Part shown: piece after piece, positions 8,665 to 16,499 of the stretch
Layout: each line of letters starts with the position of its first letter
How positions within the stretch are numbered: position 1 is the first letter of the stretch
Origin: Phycisphaeraceae bacterium
GTDB lineage: Bacteria; Planctomycetota; Phycisphaerae; Phycisphaerales; Phycisphaeraceae
Direction: 5' to 3'
NCBI GenBank assembly: GCA_040878035.1
Contig: JBBDMX010000099.1
Coordinates: 1,367 to 65,366 of the forward strand
DNA: 64,000 nt
Position numbers and translations under genes: made by a program
The notes under the pieces: generated by a model
Database searches by the model: none
Told to the model about the DNA's origin: nothing
The model's input: the letters and a program-made list of their open reading frames with translations, nothing else

Positions 8665-9803
8665 TCGCGAGCACTCGCCGTGTCCTGGACGCCGTGCCGC
8701 GCGTCGGGTTCTATCCCGACGTTAAGGGCCACGGCGGCAAGCCCTGGCCCGAGGACGTCATCTTTCCCTCGTGCATGCGGGCCGTAATGGAGCACCTGGG
8801 CCATCCGGAATACGACTACATTCACTTTGTCGGCGTCACCGGGGCCGGGTTCTTTCTCAACTGGAAGGACGGCTGGCATCCCGACAACTGCGCTATCTAC
8901 TTCATGGTTCCGTTCGATCAGCACGTCAAGCTGTTCGAGTACGCCTTCGATTCAACCGGCTATGCGATGGACTTTGCCGCCATCAAGGGCCACCAGGCGA
9001 TCGACGAGGCCCAGGCCAAGCGGCGCATCATCGCGAGCATCGACGCTGGCAAGCCGATCATGTCGCATGGCATCGTCGGCCCGCCCGAGACGTGTCTGAT
9101 CTGCGGCTACGACGAAGCCGGCGACGTGCTGATCGGCTGGAGCTTCTTTCAGTCGGTGCCGCATTGCAGCACCGGCGTCGAGTTCGAGTCCAACGGCATG
9201 TTCCGCAAGCGTGACTGGTACACCAACGCCTGGGACCTGTTTGCCTTGGGCGAGCGCGGTGCGCCGGTCGATCCCAGCATCGTGCGGCGGCAGTCGCTGG
9301 AGTGGGCAGTGAAAGTCGTGCGAACCCGAGAAACGTGGGACGGCCGGAAGAACAACGGTCTGACGGCCTACGACGCCTGGGCCGATCACCTGCTGCGCGA
9401 TGGCGAGATCACGCCCGACGGCAAGCCGCCGCGCGATGGCGAGCAGTCGCCCTTTGGCGTGCATGACGATTTCGTCGGCATCGTGGCCGAGGCTCGCTGG
9501 TACGCAGCCAAGTACCTGGCCCGCGTTGCCGGCGAAGAGCCGAAGATGGCGGTGGAACTCTACGAAGCCGCGGCGTGTTACGCTCGGGAGCACGACCTGA
9601 TGTGGCAGGTGTGGGGCTGCGTCGGCGGCAACGGCCGTTCGCCCGAGCATGTCAGGCGTTTCGCGGACTCCGAGGCGCGTCGCCGGATCGTCGAACTGGT
9701 TCGTGAGGCGCGTCGTCTCGATGAGCAGGCGATTGAGCACATCGAAAAGGCGTTGGCGACGATCCAATCGGGGCAGCCCCCGGAAGATTGCCCGGCCATA
9801 TAG
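8661..9803 (+). CDS. Hypothetical protein (paralog B of 7477..8664)
   Basis: Start ATG at 8661 overlaps the upstream stop (ATGA at 8661-8664), indicating translational coupling. Sequence is MIASTRRVLDAVPRVGFYPDVKGHGGKPWPEDVIFPSCMRAVMEHLG... Internal start within ORF 8349..9803. Confidence 0.65.
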   Translation: MIASTRRVLDAVPRVGFYPDVKGHGGKPWPEDVIFPSCMRAVMEHLGHPEYDYIHFVGVTGAGFFLNWKDGWHPDNCAIYFMVPFDQHVKLFEYAFDSTGYAMDFAAIKGHQAIDEAQAKRRIIASIDAGKPIMSHGIVGPPETCLICGYDEAGDVLIGWSFFQSVPHCSTGVEFESNGMFRKRDWYTNAWDLFALGERGAPVDPSIVRRQSLEWAVKVVRTRETWDGRKNNGLTAYDAWADHLLRDGEITPDGKPPRDGEQSPFGVHDDFVGIVAEARWYAAKYLARVAGEEPKMAVELYEAAACYAREHDLMWQVWGCVGGNGRSPEHVRRFADSEARRRIVELVREARRLDEQAIEHIEKALATIQSGQPPEDCPAI

Positions 9804-9851
9804 CCCCGTCATCCTGGCGGGACTATCCGGGGCTTTTCGGGAGACTCCACC

Positions 9852-10400
9852 ATGCGACGCACGCTGGGCATTCACTGGATCGCCACCACGCACGGCACGT
9901 GGCTGCACGGCGACGTGCGCGGGTCGTGGAGCAATGGACGACTGGTCGGCCCCGACCCGTTTCTTGAAGAAGCGATTGCCGCCCGCATGACTCACGACGC
10001 GGTGGTGCTGTCAGCGACGGAGGTGATCAGCGTGGCGGTGGAAATGGGCAGCACCATCCGCGAGCATGGTCATCGTGTGTGTGCCGCGACGATCCAACCG
10101 ATGCACGTACACATCGTGTTCGCCCCGCTGCCGGAGGATGTGAAGACGACCATTGCGCGGCTTAAGAAGCGCACCGCCGACCTGGTGCTGGGTGTTCGTC
10201 GCAAGATGGGGGATGACCGCGAGCACCTGTGGACGCAGGGGCAGTTCCCCGTGTTCATCTTCGACGAGGATCATCTGCGCAACGCCATCGAATACGTGCG
10301 GCGGCACAATGTCCGCATCGGTCGCCCGGCCGACCCGTACGAATGGATCGACCCGTTATATCCCGCATTGGAATCCGGCCAAAATGGCCGGGCTATATAG
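9852..10400 (+). CDS. IS200-like / REP-associated tyrosine transposase (RAYT) family protein
   Basis: HuH motif MHVHIVFAP, a C-terminal tyrosine region NAIEYVRRHN, and N-terminal W-x-T-x-G-x-WLHGD. It is a paralog of 60045..60575. Confidence 0.6.
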   Translation: MRRTLGIHWIATTHGTWLHGDVRGSWSNGRLVGPDPFLEEAIAARMTHDAVVLSATEVISVAVEMGSTIREHGHRVCAATIQPMHVHIVFAPLPEDVKTTIARLKKRTADLVLGVRRKMGDDREHLWTQGQFPVFIFDEDHLRNAIEYVRRHNVRIGRPADPYEWIDPLYPALESGQNGRAI

Positions 10401-10528
10401 CTGGCCCATATCCGCAAAGTGCTGGAAAACGGCCCGCGCTTCGGCATTCAGGTTCCTCTCTGACCGTAAGGACCTTGCAGCGCCAGCGGCCGCGAGCTGC
10501 GGGCGCCCGACTACGCACAGTTGAATCT

Positions 10529-11992
10529 TCACGTGGCGCGGATCACTGCGCCGGCGACGTGGCCACCGAAGCCGGCGGCGAAGATGGCGTGGGTGCGGAG
10601 GGGAATTTCGGATTTTGGATTGCGGATTTCGGATTTGGGATTCAAGACACTGGAAACTGGACACTGGACACTGGACAACTTGAGCAGAAAGGAGGTCTTG
10701 ACCGGTTCGCGGAGCCAGGGCATGGGGGGGATGCGGTTGGTGCGGGCGACCAGGGCGGCGATGACCAGGGACGCCAGACCAGCGGCGCCCAGGCCGTGGC
10801 CGATGGCGCCTTTGAGGGCGTAGAGACGGGGAATTTCGGATTTCGGATTTCGGATTTCGGATTTGTTTCGGATTTCGGATTTGGGATTTCGGATTTCGCC
10901 CGCACCGCCCCCGGGGGTGGTGCTCGGGCTAACTTCTGTCTCCTGACTCCTGTCTCCTGACTCCTGACTCCTGCCTTGCCGCAGTATTTGCTCGTATACC
11001 GCCAGTTCCATTTCGTCGTTTTCGGCGGTGCCGGTGGCGTGGGGGTGGAGGACGTCGATGCGGCGGTTGGCCAAGAGTTCGCTGGCGACGTGCGCCAGGG
11101 CGGGCATGTGCGGGGCGGGGCGGATCAGGTCGTGGGCTTCGCAGGCGATGGCGGTGGCATCGAGGTAGAGGCGGGGCGCTAAACCGCACGCGGTGGGGGG
11201 GGCGTTGGGGTGATCGGTTCGCTCCAGGACGACCGCGGCGGCCAGTTCGGTGAGCATGAAGCCTTGGCGGGCTTTATCCAGCGGTCGGGCCTGGTATTCG
11301 TCAGGCGTCAAGGGGGGCAGGACCCCCAGGCGACGGTAGCTGTGGATGAACGTGGGCAACAGCGCGGCTTCGGAGGTCAGGACGAGGACGCGGTCGGCCT
11401 GGCCGCGCAGAAGCGCCAGCCTGGCGAAATGGAGGGCGGTGAGGCTCGAGGCACAAGCGGCGACGACGGTGTGGACCTGGCCCAAGCCCAGTCGCCGGCG
11501 GAGATGGTGCGCCATGTAGCCGACCGGACCGAGGGTGACGGCGAGGGGGAGGTCAGGATATTGAGCACCAGGAACGGCTTGAGGGACTGCGCGAAGCCGC
11601 AAGCGGCTGGGGACCGTATTGTATCGCTCGATGGCTTGGGATAGGGCGTGGACGGCACCCTTACTGACGCCCAGGTGGCAGTCGATGGGTGAGACGCCCG
11701 TGTCGTCCGGATCGATTCTGGCCATCGCAAGTGCTTGTCTTGCAGCACGTTCTGCCAGATTGACGGCCGGATCGATGCCGCTGTGCTGGACGGCGCTGAC
11801 ACAACCGACGGCCCGCACCAGTTGCACGGGTTCGACTTGGCCGCCTGGGGACAGGTCCTGCCCTAGTGCGGCGCAGCGGTCAGCGATGGTACGGCCGCGC
11901 AACAGTGCCGCGTAGGTCTCCCAAGCTGATAGTCCCAGCGGCGAAACCAAGCCGAATCCGGTAATGGCGATAGATGGCTCGGATTTGTCCAA
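10529..11992 (-). CDS. Beta-ketoacyl-ACP synthase (KAS I/II family) carrying two in-frame REP-A insertions
   Basis: Active-site VVAACASSLTAL (Cys), HPHATGTAENDEMELAV (His), LKGAIGHGLGAAGLASL (His), C-terminal IFAAGFGGHVAGAVI. Inserts encode EIRNPKSEIRNKSEIRNPKSEI and LNPKSEIRNPKSEIP. Probable TTG start at 11992 (MDKSEPSIAITGFGLVSPLG) inside ORF 10529..12427; the upstream 145 aa of that ORF is P/R-rich non-protein-like. Confidence 0.65.
   Translation of the reverse strand: MDKSEPSIAITGFGLVSPLGLSAWETYAALLRGRTIADRCAALGQDLSPGGQVEPVQLVRAVGCVSAVQHSGIDPAVNLAERAARQALAMARIDPDDTGVSPIDCHLGVSKGAVHALSQAIERYNTVPSRLRLRAVPQAVPGAQYPDLPLAVTLGPVGYMAHHLRRRLGLGQVHTVVAACASSLTALHFARLALLRGQADRVLVLTSEAALLPTFIHSYRRLGVLPPLTPDEYQARPLDKARQGFMLTELAAAVVLERTDHPNAPPTACGLAPRLYLDATAIACEAHDLIRPAPHMPALAHVASELLANRRIDVLHPHATGTAENDEMELAVYEQILRQGRSQESGDRSQETEVSPSTTPGGGAGEIRNPKSEIRNKSEIRNPKSEIPRLYALKGAIGHGLGAAGLASLVIAALVARTNRIPPMPWLREPVKTSFLLKLSSVQCPVSSVLNPKSEIRNPKSEIPLRTHAIFAAGFGGHVAGAVIRAT
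10596..10700. repeat. REP-A array (CGGATTT)n followed by (CACTGGA)n, located inside the KAS coding sequence
   Basis: ggggaatttcggattttggattgcggatttcggatttgggattcaagacactggaaactggacactggacactggacaac. Confidence 0.8.
10826..10976. repeat. REP-A array (CGGATTT)n followed by (TGTCTCCT/GACTCCT)n, located inside the KAS coding sequence
   Basis: ggggaatttcggatttcggatttcggatttgtttcggatttcggatttgggatttcggatttcgcc...tgtctcctgactcctgtctcctgactcctgactcctgcc. Confidence 0.8.
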
Positions 11993-12569
11993 AGTCCAGG
12001 GTCTTTCAGGGCCGATCGCGGCTTCGCGCAGGGCTGGAAGCAGGGCGTGACCCCGGTTAATCGTGCGGTCTCGCGAAGCCGCAAGCGGCCTATGGCAGGA
12101 CGTTGGACAATAGTTTAGCGGGATTCGCGTCCGATAGCCGAAAGCGGAAAATTGCTGTCGGTGTTGAAACTGGGGATAGGCAGGGGAGGGGTTTGTCCCT
12201 ATAATGGCGGTGCCAGTCGGTCGGCAGGCTGGCGGGAATCGGTCAACGGCCATGGGCAGTCGGCGTTGAACCGGTTTGGGTGGCGGATCGTACGCTACCT
12301 GACGCCTGCCGGCTGGGGGAGAATGGGATCGGCCGCCCGGCCGAGTCGAATCAGGACGGTTCGATCGGAAAGACAGGAGGTCAAGCGTACCATTAGCCAC
12401 CCTAAAAGGACTGACAATCCCGGACATCCGGAATCCCTAGACCCAGACCTCGGGAGTCACCCGGCGCACGGCGTCATCCCCGAAGGCCCCCGGCGTTACC
12501 CCGGGAACACCGGCACCCGAAACGTGATTTGCACCCATGCCCACCACCGGTGGACATGCCTGAACCATC

Positions 12570-15500
12570 ATGATGAGCATTGATCCCCGCTTTATCCGCG
12601 AGCAAGGCCCGGAGGTCTTCACCGGCAACGAACTGCTGGTGAAAGGCGCCTTGGAAACCCGAGGCGGTGTGCATCTGCTCACCGGCTATCCGGGGTCGCC
12701 CATCGCCGGGTTCTTTGACGGCCTGGAAGCCCTGGGCCCCCTGCTTAACGACAAGGGTATCGTCGCCAAGATGGCCAACAACGAGGCCCTCTCGGTCGCC
12801 ATGGTCAACGGCGCCCAGATGGCGGGGTGCCGGGTCGTCGTCGCCTTTAAGTCTGTCGGCCTGCACGTGGCCGCCGACGCCCTGGCGTTGGGCGTCCTGG
12901 CGGGCACCCGCGAGGGCGATCCGTCCAATGGCGGAGGGTCGGGCGGCGTGGTCATCTGCGGCGAAGATCCCTGGAGTGATTCCACCCAGGTCCCCGCCGA
13001 CTCACGCTTCCTGGCTGAGCACCTGCGCATGCCCATGATCGAGCCGTCCTGCCCGCAGGAGGTCAAGGACTGGATCGACCTGGCGTTCACCCTGGGCCAC
13101 GCCGGCCGAATTTACATCGGCTACAGCATGACCACCGCCCTGGCCGACGGCGGCGGCACGGTGCAGTGCCGGCCCAATCAGTACCCCCTCTTCAACGAAC
13201 ACAAGAAACGCTCCCTCTCCTACGAAAAGGACATCCAGCCGCATCTGGACTCGACCGTGCTGCTTCCGCCGCGTACCTGGCAGAAGGAGTTGAAAATCGA
13301 TGATCGGCACGCCGCCGTCAAGGCCGAGGCACGCCGGCTGGGCATCAACCGCATCCTGCACAAGCCGCAGCGCGACGAAGTCGTGCCCATGGGCTTCATC
13401 GCCGCCGGCCACGCCTATGCCTATCTCAGCCACGCCCTGGCGGAGATGAACCTCACCGGCCGAATCCCCATCCTCAAATTGGGTATGCACTACCCCGTGG
13501 ACGAGGTGATCGTCACCGAGTTTGCCCGCCAGTGCCGCCAGGTCATCGTCATCGAGGAGCGACGCGGTTTCGTCGAGCGGCAGGTGATCGAGATCCTGGC
13601 CCCGCTGCGGCAGAGTGGCGAACTGGAAGTGCAGGTCTTCGGTAAGCAGTTCCCCAAGCCCCACCCCGGCATCCCGGCGACGCGCGGCCTGAACCCGTCG
13701 ATCCTCATCGAACGCCTGGTCCCCCTGATCAAGAACCACCCGACCCTTCCCATCGAGTTGACCAACGGTCGACTGACCGCCGAGTTGGACCGCATCCGCG
13801 CCACCGCCGATTACCAGGTGCAAATCCCCACGCGCACGCCCACGTTCTGCCCCGGCTGCCCGCACCGCGACTCCTCCAGCGTGCTGCTGGAACTCCGCCG
13901 CGACCTGCGTGACCCGCAGTACATGGTCCGCCATCACAAGAGCAAGCCCGTGGACTTGGTGGCGCACGGCGACACCGGCTGCTACACCATGCTGATGTTC
14001 GCCCCCAACCAGGCGCTGATGCACAACTACAGCGGCATGGGCTTAGGCGGCGGCACCGGCAGCGGCGTCGATCCCTTCATCGACAACAAGCAATTGGTAT
14101 TCATGGGCGACGGCACGTTCTTCCACTCCGGCCAGATCGCCATCTCCCATTCGCTTCAGACCGGCCAGGACATTACTTACATCATCCTGGAAAACAAGAC
14201 CACCGCCATGACCGGGCACCAGACCAATCCCGGCCTGGAGTACGACCTGCGCGGCAACCCTACCTCGGCGCAGGACATCGAACGCATCGTCCACGGCATG
14301 ATCCCCAAGCAGTTGACCAAGGACGTGCGTATCGTCCGCATCAACCCCGCCGACCGTGATCGCTACCGCAAGCTGCTCGAGCAGACCATCCTGGCCGACG
14401 GGGTCAAGATCATCATCGCCGACAAGGAATGCGGCATCACCTATCACCGCCGCATCCGCGGCCAGGAACGCAAGACCCTTAGCGAACTGGGCTTCCTCCC
14501 CCGCAAGACCTACATGAACGTCGCCACCGAGGTCTGCGAATACTGCCTGGAATGCACCAGTCAGACCGGCTGCCCCGGTCTGACCGTGACCGATACCGAC
14601 TACGGCCCCAAGATCCAGACCGACTTTTCCTGGTGCGTCAACGACGGCGCCTGCGAACGCGTGCACGCCTGCCCATCGTTTGAGGAAGTGACCATCGTGC
14701 GCAAGAAGGCGCCGCGCTGGGGCGACGAACATGTTGACCTGGACGACATCCCCCAGCCGCCCAAGCCGATCCATGCCGACCAGGACACCTGGCGCTGCTA
14801 CCTGACGGGCGTGGGCGGCATGGGCGTGGGGCTGTGCACGGCCATTCTGACCACCGCCGGTCACGAAATGGGCTACCACGTGCAGTTCATGGATAAGAAG
14901 GGGCTGGCGATCCGCAACGGCGGGGTGTTTAGCCAACTGGTCTACACGCGGCCGACCAGGCCTGATGCTGCGACCGCCGTAGGCTCCGTCGGGGCCGGAG
15001 GCTCGGGGGGGACCGGGGCATCAGGGGTGTCCGGGGCATCCGGGGCATCCGGAGCTTCCGGGGCGTTTGAAGCGGCGACCACGCCGATCATCCCCTACGG
15101 CAAGGCCGACCTGCTGCTGGGCGTGGACCTGTTGGAGGCGGCGCGGGCGATCGATCCCAAGCATCCCTACCGCGTGGCGTCGCCGCAGTGCACTGCGGCG
15201 GTAGTCAACACCGCCAAGACGCCCACGATTCTGACCCTCATGGGCCAGGACAATTTCGACGTGGGTCACTTGGAGGACACGCTGCGCCGCTACACGCAGC
15301 CGAACCATTACTTTGGCTTCAACGTCGGCGATCTGTGCGAGCGCGTGCTCGACTCCAAGCTTTACGCCAACATCATGATGCTGGGCATCGCCTATCAGAA
15401 GGGCTACTTGCCGCTGAAGCTCGAAGCCATTGAGAAAGCGATCCGCACGGTGATCCGCAGCGAAACGGAGCGCAACCTGCGTGCGTTCAACATCGGGCGC

Positions 15501-16394
15501 AAGATCGCGGTGCGCCCCGACTTGTTCGTGGTCGAGCTCAAGCACGAGTATGAGTCGGCACGGCAGGCGTTTCGCCGCAAGGTCAACATGATCCGCGCCA
15601 GCGTAGGCCAGGGCCGCCGCGGCAAGCGCATCGCCAAGCACTTCCGTGTGCTCATGAAGCAGACTTTCCGCGCCACCGCCCGCCTGCGCGTGGACGACCA
15701 ACTCATGCGCGACGTGATCGTCCGTGCCTATGACTGTTACGTCTGGGGCGGGATGAAATATGCCCAGCGCTACTGCAAGCGGCTCACCGAGGTGTTCGCC
15801 AAGGACGATCCTTCCGCCGACTACGCCATCACGCGCGCCGTGGTGTGGAACCTGGCCAAGGTGATGCTGATCAAGGACGAGGTCTACGTTTCGGCGATGC
15901 TCACCAGCCCCGAGAAGTACAAGCGCGACATGCGCCGCTTCAACGTCAACCCGGCGCGGGGCGACCGGATTCTCTACCGCCATCACAACCGGCCCGAGTT
16001 CCAGGTGCTGGGCCATCGCCTGCGCTTTGTGTGGAAGAGCCGCGACTGGCAGCTTCGCCTGATGGCGCGCGGCGCTTTCCTGCGCAAGCTCCTGCCCACC
16101 TGGCATCGCCGCGAACGCAACTTCCGCGACTGGTACGAGTCGCTGGTGGACCAGTTGGAAGTCCAGCACCCCTCGACCGATCCGCGCAACTACCAGCGCT
16201 GGCTGACGATGCTGTGCGGGCCGGAGAACGTCAACGGCTACCGCGAGGTGCGCTATCCCAAGATGGAGGCGGCGCGGCTGATGGCGGCACGCGTGCTGGC
16301 CATGCCCGCCGAGGATTTCAACCCGCCCGAGCCGCCGCCCCCCGCCGAACCCGGCACCCGCACCGTCAGCCTGACGGTGATGTCAAGCGCGTAA
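12570..16394 (+). CDS. Indolepyruvate/2-oxoacid ferredoxin oxidoreductase, fused alpha-beta (IorAB-like), 1274 aa
   Basis: The N-terminus (MMSIDPRFIREQGPEVFTGNELLVKGALETRGGVHLLTGYPGSPIAGFFD) is typical of the fused IOR family. TPP-binding and [4Fe-4S] Cys clusters (CPGCPHRD, CEYCLECTSQTGCPG) are present. An internal G/S-rich low-complexity insert sits at ~15000-15070. Confidence 0.85.
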   Translation: MMSIDPRFIREQGPEVFTGNELLVKGALETRGGVHLLTGYPGSPIAGFFDGLEALGPLLNDKGIVAKMANNEALSVAMVNGAQMAGCRVVVAFKSVGLHVAADALALGVLAGTREGDPSNGGGSGGVVICGEDPWSDSTQVPADSRFLAEHLRMPMIEPSCPQEVKDWIDLAFTLGHAGRIYIGYSMTTALADGGGTVQCRPNQYPLFNEHKKRSLSYEKDIQPHLDSTVLLPPRTWQKELKIDDRHAAVKAEARRLGINRILHKPQRDEVVPMGFIAAGHAYAYLSHALAEMNLTGRIPILKLGMHYPVDEVIVTEFARQCRQVIVIEERRGFVERQVIEILAPLRQSGELEVQVFGKQFPKPHPGIPATRGLNPSILIERLVPLIKNHPTLPIELTNGRLTAELDRIRATADYQVQIPTRTPTFCPGCPHRDSSSVLLELRRDLRDPQYMVRHHKSKPVDLVAHGDTGCYTMLMFAPNQALMHNYSGMGLGGGTGSGVDPFIDNKQLVFMGDGTFFHSGQIAISHSLQTGQDITYIILENKTTAMTGHQTNPGLEYDLRGNPTSAQDIERIVHGMIPKQLTKDVRIVRINPADRDRYRKLLEQTILADGVKIIIADKECGITYHRRIRGQERKTLSELGFLPRKTYMNVATEVCEYCLECTSQTGCPGLTVTDTDYGPKIQTDFSWCVNDGACERVHACPSFEEVTIVRKKAPRWGDEHVDLDDIPQPPKPIHADQDTWRCYLTGVGGMGVGLCTAILTTAGHEMGYHVQFMDKKGLAIRNGGVFSQLVYTRPTRPDAATAVGSVGAGGSGGTGASGVSGASGASGASGAFEAATTPIIPYGKADLLLGVDLLEAARAIDPKHPYRVASPQCTAAVVNTAKTPTILTLMGQDNFDVGHLEDTLRRYTQPNHYFGFNVGDLCERVLDSKLYANIMMLGIAYQKGYLPLKLEAIEKAIRTVIRSETERNLRAFNIGRKIAVRPDLFVVELKHEYESARQAFRRKVNMIRASVGQGRRGKRIAKHFRVLMKQTFRATARLRVDDQLMRDVIVRAYDCYVWGGMKYAQRYCKRLTEVFAKDDPSADYAITRAVVWNLAKVMLIKDEVYVSAMLTSPEKYKRDMRRFNVNPARGDRILYRHHNRPEFQVLGHRLRFVWKSRDWQLRLMARGAFLRKLLPTWHRRERNFRDWYESLVDQLEVQHPSTDPRNYQRWLTMLCGPENVNGYREVRYPKMEAARLMAARVLAMPAEDFNPPEPPPPAEPGTRTVSLTVMSSA

Positions 16395-16395
16395 G

Positions 16396-16499
16396 CGTGA
16401 GAGTGAAAAAGTGGAAAGTGAAAAGTAGAAAGCAGCAAACCGGTAGGCCTGCGTCTGCTTGGTTCTTCTGACTTTCTACTCCCCACTTCTCACTTCTCG
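16396..16499. terminator. Hairpin from tandem (GTGAAAAGT/GAAAGT) units between convergent genes
   Basis: gagagtgaaaaagtggaaagtgaaaagtagaaagcagcaaacc pairs with ggttcttctgactttctactccccacttctcacttctc. Confidence 0.55.

Noticed and set aside
10596-10976. Tandem short repeats that might be taken for a CRISPR array
   Set aside because: The unit is 7 nt with no unique spacers of 25-40 nt and no cas genes. These are microsatellite/REP-type arrays.
12160-12330. TPP or cobalamin riboswitch upstream of the TPP-dependent oxidoreductase
   Set aside because: The sequence does not contain the CUGAGA/ACCUGAUCUGGAUAAUGCCAGCG (TPP) or GCCACUG B12-box cores as I recall them. It is left as an unclassified leader.
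13002-16169. Long reverse-strand ORFs (13002..14024, 14043..14936, 15021..16169) inside the ferredoxin oxidoreductase gene
   Set aside because: Antisense shadow ORFs typical of high-GC DNA. They have low-complexity A/G/R/D-rich translations, and the sense gene has clear homology.
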